The translations under genes and the position numbers were made by a program. Positions 37,780-48,518 of a stretch of 64,000 nucleotides of DNA are shown piece after piece. The notes below the pieces were generated by a model. That model worked only from the letters and a program-made list of their open reading frames with translations. It made no database searches and was not told the origin of the DNA. Each line of letters starts with the position of its first letter. Within the stretch, counting starts at the first letter, position 1. The stretch comes from a virus (Duplodnaviria; Caudoviricetes). The stretch is taken from positions 189,748 through 253,747 of IMG/VR virus record IMGVR_UViG_3300011868_000001; one strand, 5' to 3'.

Positions 37780-38450
37780 TGATCCATGCACTCATGTCAG
37801 CCGCTCATCAGGCTCGCATTCGGTACGGTAAACGCAAGACCCATTTTCTAGGTGAGGTCGCTGCTGCTGACTTTATTACCGGTAATGCTTTGGCGTCAGC
37901 TATTGGCCTGACGGCAGGCACGGCCCTGAACTCCAATGAACCTTGGTTGCATTTTGAGATAGACGGCAAGACGCTGTATGTCGCTAAAAAGATCTTTAGA
38001 CACACAGTGTCTTGGAATCATATTAACGCCAGAGGGGCGGTATTCGGTACTGCTACTGTAGTGATCCAAGGTAAAACCTATAAGGTACGCCTATTGAAAG
38101 GCGCTAATAGCGACCCCACTCCGGCAGGTGCAGGATACGATCAAGAAAAGACTTGGGGCTCGGAGTGGAATAGGCTCTTCTACCCTTTGGTACCCAACAC
38201 CGCCCAATCCGCCCAGATCCCCACTTATCCGATTTCTGGTGAGGGTATTCTGTTTGGGGGGTGGGCCAACTACACCGATGCCCAGTTGGATATCTCTAAT
38301 CGGTATATGTGGTGTCAAGAGACAAACGTCGATAGCGCTGGGCAACGTGTCCTCCGTGGTATTTATGGTTTGTCTTACTTATCTTTCAATGCTTCTTCTG
38401 TTGCGAATTCGAATTATGGTTGGCGTCCAGTTTTAGAACTGGTCGAATAG
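37779..38450 (+). CDS. Putative virion protein, GWRPVLEL paralog family
   Basis: FLGEV, WLHFEIDGKTLYVAKK, SEWNRLFY, YGWRPVLELVE. Confidence 0.7.
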   Translation: MIHALMSAAHQARIRYGKRKTHFLGEVAAADFITGNALASAIGLTAGTALNSNEPWLHFEIDGKTLYVAKKIFRHTVSWNHINARGAVFGTATVVIQGKTYKVRLLKGANSDPTPAGAGYDQEKTWGSEWNRLFYPLVPNTAQSAQIPTYPISGEGILFGGWANYTDAQLDISNRYMWCQETNVDSAGQRVLRGIYGLSYLSFNASSVANSNYGWRPVLELVE

Positions 38451-38460
38451 CGACACCCAG

Positions 38461-38494
38461 CATAACAGGAGGAGCCAGTGGCTCCTCCCTTATG
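38461..38494. terminator. Bidirectional hairpin (CATA...TATG family)
   Basis: GGAGGAGCC-AGT-GGCTCCTCC flanked by CATAA/TTATG. Confidence 0.65.
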
Positions 38495-38530
38495 TCGTCG
38501 GTCTTGGCACCTGTTCACTCGTGATCAACC

Positions 38531-38755
38531 CTATTGCTTCATCAAATCCATCCGTGCCAACCAGCTTTCAAGCCATACTTTACGGATCATAAGGGTATTG
38601 CGGGCTTCAGTAAGGTCATTGGATACATAATCGAGTACTGGAAGGTTGAGCTGTTCTTGTCTTAGTCTAGCGGCCTGTTCTATACTCTCAAGGACTGTGG
38701 TGATAAATTCAAGGTCTGCTTGTAGGACTGTCTTATTCGGTACTCGATTCATCAT
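38531..38755 (-). CDS. Hypothetical helical protein
   Basis: 74-aa ORF. Confidence 0.55.
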   Translation of the reverse strand: MMNRVPNKTVLQADLEFITTVLESIEQAARLRQEQLNLPVLDYVSNDLTEARNTLMIRKVWLESWLARMDLMKQ

Positions 38756-38950
38756 GGCTTACGCAGTTCACAGAAAAGAAAAGAAGAAGTCGGAGCTTCG
38801 CTCCTCCGCTTGCGCATTGTCTCCAGTCCCTTCCGACAATGCTTTTTATAGCATTTCGAATTTATTCAGAGAATTAGTCAGAGAAGGATTTATTTACAAG
38901 GCACCTAAACCAAGAGCATAAGGGAGAGCCCGAAGGCTCTCCGATATACC

Positions 38951-41900
38951 TTACTTAAGCTTAGGTGGTTCGATGTCTGGAAGCTCCAGATCATCTTCAG
39001 CCTCTTCAGCTTCTTTCTTTTGCTTTTCAGCATCCTTTTCGATTTCGTTAGTATCGATCTCTTCCTGCTCCTCTTCTTCCGGTTCTTGCTCGGAAGGTTC
39101 GGCATCAGGTTCTGGAGGGGTTACTTCCTCCTCCTGCGTTTCAGGTTCTTCCTCCACGTCCAACTCTTCAGTCGGGGTATCGGTCGACTCTTCTACTTCA
39201 GGGATCGTTACCTCCTCAGACTCTTCTTCAACCTCTGGTACTTCAGCGGTTTCAGGTTCGTCTGCCTGCTCTTCTTCAGTAGGCACTTCTGGCTCTTCAG
39301 TTGCAGCAGGTTCTTCTACTTCAGGCTCTTCAGCAGGTTCGGCGTCAGGTGCCTCAGGGACATCGACTTCAGCTGCCTGAGTATCGTCGGTCGAGACCTC
39401 GTCATCAACGGAAGCGACATCGAAGGTGTCTTCCGCATCAGTAACGATTTCACTGTCCGTTGAGTCCTCGGTTACTTCAGCCTCACCCCCTTCGACTTCA
39501 GTCTCTGCCGGGACATCGTCCAGGCCATCAAGGTCACCACCTTCAGCATCGAGTGCCTCGGTTTCACCTTCTGGGTTATCCAGACCGCTCAGGTCATCGC
39601 CCCCTTCCAGATCACCACCCTCGAGCTCACCGCCTTCACCACCTAAGCCATCATCCATGTCTGTCGACCCACCCTTAGCTTCTTCCAGCGCTTGCTTGCT
39701 TTGGGCGATCTTCTCAGCTGCCTTAGCACGACGCTTGGCTGCCTTCAGGACTTTCTTGATGTAGTCAGACAGGGCATTGTTCAGGCCATCCAGATGGTTG
39801 CCAGCCGCTTCCAGCAGATCGAACGCCGGTGCACCTTCCTCTTCCGAGACAGTGTTGAACACATCCAGTTCCGGCATGATGTTGTTGTTACGCAGCCAGC
39901 GACGCTGGAACTCAGCCTTGACCACAGCCTTGACGTTCGGCAATACCTCTTCCATGCCAATGCCAGTATCGGTGGCAAACATCTCCTCGCTCATGTAGGC
40001 ATCGATGACCTTATCCAGTGCGTCACTGTAGGCTTCGAAGGCTTCCGTAGACTTCTTGATGTCACCAACTTCAGGCGATGGCAGCTCGACGAACAGGGCT
40101 TCGATAAATTCATAGATGAACGTATCGACCTTCTCCTCGTCAGACAGCTTGGCGTCCTTGGCAATCTCATCTGGCAGGAACTTGATGTTGGCCCTGACTA
40201 CTTCACGCATCTCAGTCAGGAACACACCAGAGTTCAGTACGTAACGGCGCACGATCTCGGTCAGGAAGGGTTCAAACTTCTCCTGGTTCTGGATCACTCG
40301 CTTGAGCAGCATCAGGTTGTTCTGTACGACCGTGGTCGCAAAGTCCGTCTGATTGATGCCTTCCATCAGCTCCGGGCTCAGACCAAACATCTGGATGTGA
40401 CGCCTGCGCATCATCTCTTCGAGTTCAGTATCCACCGGTTTACTGGTGCCATCACGCTGCCCTACGTTGAACTTGGTTTCCGGATAACGGGTGTTACCGG
40501 TCACCACCACGTTCACGCCATGGTTCTGGATTTGATCTGCCAGTCCCAATGGATGGGTCGATCCAACGATCCTGCTGAAGCCTTGCGAATTGACCTTGGC
40601 GTGTTCTGCGAGCATGAACTCGACTGTCTCCACCGGGTTCTCATCTTCAGGGTCCAGCTCGATCTCGATGGTCTTGCCGCCCACGGCGTTATTGATGGTT
40701 GCCAGGGTGTTGGCCAGCATCAGTGCTGCACGGATCGAACCGAGGATCTTACCGTCTTCCAAGACCGACTTGCCCACACCGAATTCGTTATAGTCGAACG
40801 CAATGTAGGACATCAGTTCAGCCGGAACGAACAGCATGGTGGTGCGCTGCCCTTTCAGGTGACGAGCCAGCATGATGCGATTGATGTTCTCAGTCTTGCC
40901 CAGCTGATAGTTACCCGACAGAGCACCCGAGCGCAGGCGACTCAGCAGATCAACCTCAACGGCCTCGGAGTGAATCCGACTCATCTCATCGATGATTTCG
41001 TTGTTGATTCCACCCATACCTTCCATGCCACGACGCGCCTGTGCCAGGATCTGGCTGGAGTAACCATCGGCACTGCTCATCTGCGAACGGATGTCATCGT
41101 AATAGCTAGTCTGATCGGCTACACTGATGGGGTTGCCATCGATGTCGAGCAGGACGTAGTATCCGATGTGTTCCGCAGGGTTGCCCGGCACATGAATCGG
41201 GATCACCGACTCTGACGGCAGATGGATCACCAGCGGATGACCAAAGGTCTCTTGACCAGTTTGCAGATGGGTCATTACTGGCTGGACGGGAATGTGCTTG
41301 TAGCGCCGCTTGCTGTACAGACTCTTCTCGATGGCCGCCAGGTTACGCTGTGCGTTGACGTCACCGTTCTGCGCCCGACTCTCCAACGAAGCACGCTGAT
41401 GCAGTCGACCACCGTAGATGCGCCGCACTGCAATCTTGCGCCGGGTGTCGATCACCATGGGACGCTTAAGGATGTTGAGGTTGTCCGATACCTCAATTGT
41501 CGGCCCTTGCTCGGTGATGCGCTTCTGAAGCACATTGGCCAAGTCTTTCATGGCTTCTTGAGAGCCGTCATCGCTCGACAGCGATTCAAAACTGATTTTG
41601 ATCTTGCTGACGTCGACGTCCCGCACGTAACTGTTGTCACGCGAGTAGGTCAGGCTTTCAAACGACACGCCGGTGTAGGAGTCCACCCGCTGCTTGGGAT
41701 CGTTGGCAGGATTGCCCAGGATGCCCCAGGGTACATACCGACCGGATGAATCGGTTTCTTCTTGCAGGTGACCGTCAAGAATGTTGATGGCCGATTCCAT
41801 CGACACGCCAGAATAGTTGTCGGCGTTGATGATTCGGTCAATCGACGACTCCGGCATAATGAGCACTGGGTAGGACCCAGTTTCAAACATAACGTCGTTC

Positions 41901-42307
41901 AGGATCGGGTGGAGCAAGCTCCTAATCCTATAGGAATTATCGAAGAACTCCTGGACCTTCCTCAGTAAGGGACCGGTGAGGTTAGTGTCCAATGCGTCGT
42001 TCTTGATCGAGTACAGTACCTTGGTGTCTGTCAAGTCACCGGGTGAAATGGTGGCCGAGATCAGAACCTGCCGTGCATAATCCATGTCCGGCAATACTTG
42101 GAAGAGATTGCGCGCATCTTGGATATTGCCGATGGTCTGGTTGGCGATGTGTGCCATCACTCGGCCATCGGGCAGCCTCATATTCTCACGTTGACGACCC
42201 GTGCCGTTCGGATCAGCGCCGAGTTTCGCAATCGTTGCCTTGACCTCATTGGAAATAGAACGCTGGGTCAAGAAACGCGGAAATCGCCTTGTGGTTTGGT
42301 CGCTCAT
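38951..42307 (-). CDS. Portal protein (phiKZ gp129-like) with long acidic C-terminal tail
   Basis: NLFQVLPDMDYARQVLISATISPGD, HLPSESVIPIHVPG, YIAFDYNEFGVGKS; position among head and baseplate genes; several S-x-E sites in the N-terminal third. Confidence 0.7.
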   Translation of the reverse strand: MSDQTTRRFPRFLTQRSISNEVKATIAKLGADPNGTGRQRENMRLPDGRVMAHIANQTIGNIQDARNLFQVLPDMDYARQVLISATISPGDLTDTKVLYSIKNDALDTNLTGPLLRKVQEFFDNSYRIRSLLHPILNDVMFETGSYPVLIMPESSIDRIINADNYSGVSMESAINILDGHLQEETDSSGRYVPWGILGNPANDPKQRVDSYTGVSFESLTYSRDNSYVRDVDVSKIKISFESLSSDDGSQEAMKDLANVLQKRITEQGPTIEVSDNLNILKRPMVIDTRRKIAVRRIYGGRLHQRASLESRAQNGDVNAQRNLAAIEKSLYSKRRYKHIPVQPVMTHLQTGQETFGHPLVIHLPSESVIPIHVPGNPAEHIGYYVLLDIDGNPISVADQTSYYDDIRSQMSSADGYSSQILAQARRGMEGMGGINNEIIDEMSRIHSEAVEVDLLSRLRSGALSGNYQLGKTENINRIMLARHLKGQRTTMLFVPAELMSYIAFDYNEFGVGKSVLEDGKILGSIRAALMLANTLATINNAVGGKTIEIELDPEDENPVETVEFMLAEHAKVNSQGFSRIVGSTHPLGLADQIQNHGVNVVVTGNTRYPETKFNVGQRDGTSKPVDTELEEMMRRRHIQMFGLSPELMEGINQTDFATTVVQNNLMLLKRVIQNQEKFEPFLTEIVRRYVLNSGVFLTEMREVVRANIKFLPDEIAKDAKLSDEEKVDTFIYEFIEALFVELPSPEVGDIKKSTEAFEAYSDALDKVIDAYMSEEMFATDTGIGMEEVLPNVKAVVKAEFQRRWLRNNNIMPELDVFNTVSEEEGAPAFDLLEAAGNHLDGLNNALSDYIKKVLKAAKRRAKAAEKIAQSKQALEEAKGGSTDMDDGLGGEGGELEGGDLEGGDDLSGLDNPEGETEALDAEGGDLDGLDDVPAETEVEGGEAEVTEDSTDSEIVTDAEDTFDVASVDDEVSTDDTQAAEVDVPEAPDAEPAEEPEVEEPAATEEPEVPTEEEQADEPETAEVPEVEEESEEVTIPEVEESTDTPTEELDVEEEPETQEEEVTPPEPDAEPSEQEPEEEEQEEIDTNEIEKDAEKQKKEAEEAEDDLELPDIEPPKLK

Positions 42308-42341
42308 GCGTTACCTCATTATCCGTTTGGAAGCCTAAAAG

Positions 42342-44528
42342 ATGAGTACTCTTTATCAGATCTATCACGAGTCGGTGGTGAAATTAGCCGCTACGCTAGT
42401 GGTAAAGGATGAGGCGACTTGTGACATCATCAACAGCCGCCTGGCGATGCTCAAGCACAATGTCTCCGACGATCCTAAGACGTGGAAGTACTACCTGAAC
42501 CTATCGGGTCGTTACCACCCAACTGATACCCTCATGAAAGTCACCTCAATGGACACCCATGAGGAGATTGACTTTACACGCGAGAACATGGACATTCACC
42601 GGGCTACGTGGCGCGAGTACCAATACGGTACACGCTACTATAAAGAACTGGTGGCGCGATACCCCAACCAAGACATCCTGATTCACGGTATCCTGAATCC
42701 GGTCGACTTGGCTAAAGCCATCGAGGCGCCTGATCATAGTATTCTGTATTATGATGCCTCTCTGGTAGAAAGTCGGGAAACTAACCTGATCCCTGAGCTT
42801 CAACATTGGATTACGGCGCAGTTTGTGCGCTGGGCCAACGACGACTACCACATCAACAACAGCTTGTTTATTGCCGCGCGGCTGGCATTGCTTTTTATGT
42901 CGTTGCCCGCGGCGATCAAGAGCATCCGGTTGAGTAACTGCCGCACCAACCGTGCCCACAGCTACCACATCCGTCGCTACCTCGCCTCGTTCGGTCCATT
43001 GGATCAGTATTACAATGAGATGAACGAAGCGCAGCGTCTGTACTTCTACCGCAACATCCGTTACCTCATGCGTAACAATGGCAAGGCCGAAACCTTCCAT
43101 GAGCTGGTGAAGAAAGTCCTGACCGACCGTAACTTACCCCTGGCCCAGTACACGATCCAGCATAACGACAGCACCTTGCTCGATACCCTCGACCCACAGG
43201 TCCAGTACCTGCGTGAAAGTATCAACGGCATCGAAGCGGCATTGGGAGAGGACATCAGGGACACCCGGTCGATCTTGGAGCTGCAGCGTCCGCTGGCCCG
43301 CTCGAACTACATCGAAAACCAGGATGCCGAAACCTACATCCCGGCCTTGGTGCAGCGTAGCTTGAATTCCGAGGTGGAGACCAAGGTGCTGGAGTCAAAC
43401 GTTCTGGATCTTAAAGAATCCGAACCGTATACGCTCTCGGACATCCTGCTCAACCAGTGGATCTATTTGGCTGACATTGGGCGCTATCGGAGTATCCTCA
43501 CCCTGCAAATGCCCAACGGCGGGGACAGCTTCAAGCTGAGCATGAAAGAGGCATTCATTGTCTATCAGTATCTGTACATGCTGCGCTTGGGCGTCGACAT
43601 GGTCGAGATCCCCCGCATTCAGGCCAAGCGTGTCCGGCGTACTCCATTGCCGACATTTGACGAACTGCGCAGCATCACAACGACGAAGGTCACCTCCGAT
43701 GCGTTTATTCGTGAGGCGCTGCGTGACAACGTCACCATCACCAATTACGTTTCCGTCGATGCGTTCTTGAAGGTGTGTCAGCAGATCCAGACCCGGATGC
43801 TCCTGCACCGTGATCTTTACGTGTATCGTGAGGACATGCTCCAGTACGCTGAAATCCGGCAAATGACTGACCGTTTCTATGCTGACATCCCAGTTGACAT
43901 GGACCATGGTCAGAACTACGCCGAATGGTTGAGAATGCGCGGCCTGAGTTTTGAAGGCTACGCACCCGCCGTGCTTGATGAGATCATGATGTCGATCCTG
44001 AACCAGGCCACTGGCTTGGAACTGCGTACGTCACAGAGCCTCAAAGACATCCAGCGCGCGATGCTGAACATCATGACTCAGCTGTCCTCGTACAGCGTTC
44101 ATTTCATTCAGCAGATCAACGAAGATGCGGTGGTGATGTTTGACTGGCCTCATCTGCGCTGGCATAACCAGGGTGGTAAAGCGTTCCATCAAATGCGAGT
44201 CCCTGTAGTCCAGGCTGTGCCGATTGATCTGTATGGTCGAGCCAAACTGAAGCCGGAATTTAACCTGATTCCGACAACCGTCATGCAGTTCGATCATAAA
44301 GCCAGTCATGCCGTCAGCTTAGAGCTGGGCCTTGATGTGCAGATGTCGGGTCTCAATCAATACCTGGAACAGGGCATGGTCCTCGGGGCTATGATCGGCA
44401 CGCTGATCCAACCCGCGGTCGATCTCGACATACTGACAGGCACCCATCTGGATATTCCTGTGATTGAAGATAAAGCCATCATCGAGCTTTTTAACAGGAC
44501 CGAAAGTAATGACTTCACAAACCCTTAA
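42342..44528 (+). CDS. Virion structural protein (phiKZ gp128-like, probable baseplate)
   Basis: 728 aa with TWKYYLNLSGRYHPTD; divergent from the portal gene. Confidence 0.6.
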   Translation: MSTLYQIYHESVVKLAATLVVKDEATCDIINSRLAMLKHNVSDDPKTWKYYLNLSGRYHPTDTLMKVTSMDTHEEIDFTRENMDIHRATWREYQYGTRYYKELVARYPNQDILIHGILNPVDLAKAIEAPDHSILYYDASLVESRETNLIPELQHWITAQFVRWANDDYHINNSLFIAARLALLFMSLPAAIKSIRLSNCRTNRAHSYHIRRYLASFGPLDQYYNEMNEAQRLYFYRNIRYLMRNNGKAETFHELVKKVLTDRNLPLAQYTIQHNDSTLLDTLDPQVQYLRESINGIEAALGEDIRDTRSILELQRPLARSNYIENQDAETYIPALVQRSLNSEVETKVLESNVLDLKESEPYTLSDILLNQWIYLADIGRYRSILTLQMPNGGDSFKLSMKEAFIVYQYLYMLRLGVDMVEIPRIQAKRVRRTPLPTFDELRSITTTKVTSDAFIREALRDNVTITNYVSVDAFLKVCQQIQTRMLLHRDLYVYREDMLQYAEIRQMTDRFYADIPVDMDHGQNYAEWLRMRGLSFEGYAPAVLDEIMMSILNQATGLELRTSQSLKDIQRAMLNIMTQLSSYSVHFIQQINEDAVVMFDWPHLRWHNQGGKAFHQMRVPVVQAVPIDLYGRAKLKPEFNLIPTTVMQFDHKASHAVSLELGLDVQMSGLNQYLEQGMVLGAMIGTLIQPAVDLDILTGTHLDIPVIEDKAIIELFNRTESNDFTNP

Positions 44529-45495
44529 TGGCGCCGCCCTGACGGTTGCAGCACTTAAGGAATCTGATCAGGAGGCGTTCGCGCGCCTCCTGCGCGGCAT
44601 GCTCAAGTCCGGTATTGATCCGACTGCGTTCGAGCATGGGCCCATTGTGGCCGATCCGGAAAGTGCACAACACGCCGTCACCGATGTCAAAGTCTCCCGT
44701 AATAAAGCCCATATCAGCCTCTGGCCGTACCGTGATGCCTTGCCGATCCGTTATCGGCGCGTGCACCTTGATGCTGTCAAGACGCGCTTTGGTGCGGTGA
44801 TCCGTGCTGACTTGCCCAGCACTACCCAAGAACTCATGGCTATTTATTTCCATGAGAACCAGTTGCACGACCGGTCTGCTGCGGTGGTGGCTGCACCGGT
44901 TACACAGCTTGGCGCCGTTGAGATTGCCTTGAGCGAGCAACAGTTCTTGCTTTACGGCACATCGCAATTTACGGTCAAGCCCCTGCAACGCCAGCTTCAG
45001 GATGTGATCGCCACCACCACTGTAATTGGTTTCCGCAATACGGCGGATTTCGACGCTCCTGCCGTAGAACACCTTTTCGGTCAGGTGGCTGCCGCCAACC
45101 AGGCCACACTGCCTTATCCACTCGAACCTGATCTGTTGCGTTTGGGTCAGCCGGTGGTCAAAGGCGGTTATGCTCGAGACAACACCAGCATTGTGCTGAC
45201 TGCCTTCGGCGATGGCTATTACCTGGGCGATGTGGAGCTGACCTATACCCGCATGGATTTCGGCTGGGCAACCGGCGGTAATCAGCACTATGTAGAAGGG
45301 CCTACCAAGCCCACTACGGCCTACATGATCCAACGTGTAAGTGCCTTGACGGGATACCCCATCAGCCTCGAGGATGTCGAGACGGAGGTGTACAGTAACG
45401 TCCCGATTGGTGAACTTGAGACCCTGACGATCTTCTTCAAACCAGATAGCCTGCGTTATGTAGGCGAACTGACCATTGATTACAGAGCGGTTTAA
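44509..45495 (+). CDS. Virion structural protein (phiKZ gp130/131-type repeat domain)
   Basis: Start MTSQTLN; YRRVHL / YTRMDF and SLRYVG motifs shared with neighbouring genes. Confidence 0.6.
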   Translation: MTSQTLNGAALTVAALKESDQEAFARLLRGMLKSGIDPTAFEHGPIVADPESAQHAVTDVKVSRNKAHISLWPYRDALPIRYRRVHLDAVKTRFGAVIRADLPSTTQELMAIYFHENQLHDRSAAVVAAPVTQLGAVEIALSEQQFLLYGTSQFTVKPLQRQLQDVIATTTVIGFRNTADFDAPAVEHLFGQVAAANQATLPYPLEPDLLRLGQPVVKGGYARDNTSIVLTAFGDGYYLGDVELTYTRMDFGWATGGNQHYVEGPTKPTTAYMIQRVSALTGYPISLEDVETEVYSNVPIGELETLTIFFKPDSLRYVGELTIDYRAV

Positions 45496-45497
45496 AC

Positions 45498-45947
45498 ATG
45501 TCGAACTTTTCCTTGGAACAATTGCTTCAGTGGCCGCCTGTAGAAGCCCTGATGATCGCGTATAATGACAAGTTCGGCACGCAGCTCAACCCTCGGTATG
45601 TTGAGATCGTTCACGTCATTCCTGGTGATGATGGCCAGGCTGTTGTGAAGCTGAAGGCACGGGATGTACTTCCCAATGCTGAAGATCGGCGCTTCTTCAA
45701 CAGCGGTTCGTTCTCCATCCAACGGCTGGACCTGGGCGCGCTTTTCGATAACGTGTTTGTCATCGAGCAGCTCGATCGAATCATGAGCCGTGATGTAGCC
45801 CGCATCATCACCCAGCGCACAGGTGTGGTCTTTGATGCCAACGACTTTATCGAAGACATCCTCACCCCCGAGAACAATGTTCTGCGCGCTTCCCCTTACT
45901 CATTGCGCTGGTATGGTGAACTGACCATCGCCCAAGCCCAGAGGTAA
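45498..45947 (+). CDS. Virion structural protein (same domain family)
   Basis: QRLDL...SLRWYGEL motif. Confidence 0.6.
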   Translation: MSNFSLEQLLQWPPVEALMIAYNDKFGTQLNPRYVEIVHVIPGDDGQAVVKLKARDVLPNAEDRRFFNSGSFSIQRLDLGALFDNVFVIEQLDRIMSRDVARIITQRTGVVFDANDFIEDILTPENNVLRASPYSLRWYGELTIAQAQR

Positions 45948-45949
45948 TT

Positions 45950-46960
45950 ATGTACGTACGTCCTTTGCGGTATGATAAACCCGCTAACCGGCTCTTGCTG
46001 GACATTTTCAACTACACCAACAACATGGCCGTTGAGCCGTGGCAGATCACGTTCGGTCAGCCGTACCCGGTGGCCGATAATGAACCCCAGATCACCGTAC
46101 GGCATCTGAACGATTATGATCAGCAGCGCCCTACTCAGGGTACCCTGACCCGGATCGAAGTCAACCCTACGCCTGAATCGGGTTGGACCAAGTCCCAGCA
46201 GTTGACGTATCGCCGTCGGATCATCCAAGATGAGTTCATCAGCGTGCCGTTTGTCCTGTATGCCACCGAGAACACACCGGAGGTTATTTTAAAAGGACTC
46301 CACGAACAGTATGGTCTGTATCTTGATCCGCATCTGGTGGAAGTCAGCTTCCGCAAGGTCAAGTTAGGTGATGTGCTGTTCCAGACCCACATGGGCAGTA
46401 TCCTTGAGACAGATTACTGCAGCGACTACGTGCCGACGATTTCGTATAACGCAATCATCACGATTAAGGCTGAACACCCCATTTTCATGGGTGAGTTGAA
46501 TGTCTATATTCGTGAGGCGGTGCGGTTCCTCGATCGAGATATCAAGACCACACTTGAGGTGCACAGGTACCTCGGCCCAGGCAACCGAAACAAGATGCCG
46601 GCAGAGATGATCCTGCCCAACAACCGGTTTGTCGACCACGACCATTACATGCGGGACTTGAAGGTCGGTGACCTGATCGAGTCCTGGATCGTTGATGTGG
46701 CCAGTGAAGTCACCGGTGACAAATGGGTCTTCACCCGTGAGGCGAACCCGTTCAATCTGTACGCGTCCAAGGTCATCTACAACGGGGCGAATACCGGAGA
46801 GGTCTACATCAATGACCCGAAGGTTTCCAACCTGCTGATCCTGCAATTCTCCGATACGCACTGCACCAACATCCGTGGTCAGTGGATCATTGGGTACTAC
46901 AACCGTAACACTTGGGAACGTCGGCAACGTATTGACTACCTGCCGATTCAAGACCAGTGA
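45950..46960 (+). CDS. Virion structural protein (phiKZ gp131-family-like)
   Basis: LTYRRR, HPIFMGEL, C-terminal FNLYASKVIYNG...CTNIRG. Confidence 0.55.
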   Translation: MYVRPLRYDKPANRLLLDIFNYTNNMAVEPWQITFGQPYPVADNEPQITVRHLNDYDQQRPTQGTLTRIEVNPTPESGWTKSQQLTYRRRIIQDEFISVPFVLYATENTPEVILKGLHEQYGLYLDPHLVEVSFRKVKLGDVLFQTHMGSILETDYCSDYVPTISYNAIITIKAEHPIFMGELNVYIREAVRFLDRDIKTTLEVHRYLGPGNRNKMPAEMILPNNRFVDHDHYMRDLKVGDLIESWIVDVASEVTGDKWVFTREANPFNLYASKVIYNGANTGEVYINDPKVSNLLILQFSDTHCTNIRGQWIIGYYNRNTWERRQRIDYLPIQDQ

Positions 46961-47010
46961 CCAATCGTATGTACTGTTTTCTTTTCCCGATTGTTTAAAG
47001 GCTCCTCATC

Positions 47011-47883
47011 ATGCAAAAGATCGTGCCGACACAACTGTCGAACTTCCTTCAGGTCTCCAACTTCCTGGGAGTTCCATTCGAGCAGTATCCGAACACCACG
47101 CTTAACCAGAAGTTCGACATCCAGGCTTCGGCGGTGATTCCTGCCAACCGCATGCCGTCGCTGAAGTTCTTCACCATCGGTTACGGCGGTCATGGGTACA
47201 CCATGGGGGCAAACAACATCCCGCTGTCGGACATCATCGACCACAGCTCGGGGGATGCCGGTCTGTACAAACACCTGCCATTCGTCATTCGTCCCATCAA
47301 CGACGACCTGACCTCGGGTGAGCGCAGCCGTTACTGCCTGCGCAAGACCATCACCGTCGATGGCGTGAACTACTACGCCTACTACGGCAAGCGCCTGAAC
47401 CTGACCGGCGTCAAGCCGCGCATGACCAAGCGCACCATCGTCGACAACCAGACGGTGATCGAAGACTACGTCTACACTGAGAAGAACCTCAGCCCGACGC
47501 CCCCGGAAATCCCCAACACTGGGGCAGTGACCACCAGCAACGCCTACCTCGCCACGAGCGCCATCGTTCCGATGCCGTTCACCGAGAAGGACGTCGCTGA
47601 GCTGTACAACGTCGCTGAAGTGCTCTTTGGTGATCGCCGCATGGCCATCATCAGTGAGTTCGGTTTCTGCACCGCGGTTGATGCAGATGTCTCCATCAAC
47701 ACAGCCCAGGGTGCGGTAAACTTCAAAGAAGTCATCGGTGCTCAGATTGCCACCACCATCAGTGGTCATTATGAGCTGGTGTTTAACAGCAAAGGCTTTG
47801 ACTTCAGTCTGGAAGTCGGCGCGTCTCAGCCCTTGCTCGGCACCAACCAGATTCCGACGGTGACAGTGACCCTGAATCAATAA
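47011..47883 (+). CDS. Virion structural protein (phiKZ gp139-like)
   Basis: NTTLNQKFDI, IGYGGH, LYKHLPFVIRP, YYAYYGKRL; strong codon bias; AATCGTATG late motif at 46963-46971. Confidence 0.6.
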   Translation: MQKIVPTQLSNFLQVSNFLGVPFEQYPNTTLNQKFDIQASAVIPANRMPSLKFFTIGYGGHGYTMGANNIPLSDIIDHSSGDAGLYKHLPFVIRPINDDLTSGERSRYCLRKTITVDGVNYYAYYGKRLNLTGVKPRMTKRTIVDNQTVIEDYVYTEKNLSPTPPEIPNTGAVTTSNAYLATSAIVPMPFTEKDVAELYNVAEVLFGDRRMAIISEFGFCTAVDADVSINTAQGAVNFKEVIGAQIATTISGHYELVFNSKGFDFSLEVGASQPLLGTNQIPTVTVTLNQ

Positions 47884-47890
47884 CCCATGA

Positions 47891-48499
47891 ATGCCTAAGG
47901 TGACCGATATGCGATTCTCAGACGAGTCATTCATCTACCGCATTATGGCGATTGACAACGGGTCTTCATCGCTGGGGATGGTGATAGTCGAGCTAGACCT
48001 TAGGCAGGATATGTACCATGTGGTGCATACCGACACCTTTCTTGCCGACAAATTACTCAACGACCGTGCTGGGCAAGTGCCCAGCCATGGTTCTCGTTGG
48101 GCGCGACAGAACACCCTGCGTGATTGTATTGCCAGGGAGTTGCGTTTTCACAATCCTCATGCAGTTGCTGTCGAAACCCCATTCTTCATGCCGAAACGGG
48201 TACAGAGCTTCGAAACCCTGACCGAGATGATGATCTTCATTCGCCAAGCGGTTGAAGACTACAATCCCATGTCGGACATTTACCGGGTCTCGCCCGGCGA
48301 AGCTAAGCGTGCCGTACAACCGTCTAAGGACTTTAGCATGAAGAAGGCCGTGATCAAAGATTGCGTCCTACAACTGGAAAATATAACCTATAAAGAGGGA
48401 ATCTGTAAAGATGCCTTGTCGGAGCACGAATACGATGCGATAGCGGTGGCCAGGGCTCATGGTCAGGCGATTCGTAAGGCTATCGGCTTCGCAAGGTGA
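47891..48499 (+). CDS. RuvC-like Holliday junction resolvase
   Basis: IMAIDNGSSSLG, VAVETPF, SPGEAKRAV, HEYDAIAVA. Confidence 0.72.
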   Translation: MPKVTDMRFSDESFIYRIMAIDNGSSSLGMVIVELDLRQDMYHVVHTDTFLADKLLNDRAGQVPSHGSRWARQNTLRDCIARELRFHNPHAVAVETPFFMPKRVQSFETLTEMMIFIRQAVEDYNPMSDIYRVSPGEAKRAVQPSKDFSMKKAVIKDCVLQLENITYKEGICKDALSEHEYDAIAVARAHGQAIRKAIGFAR

Positions 48500-48518
48500 C
48501 AGCTTGCGAGGAAGCGTC

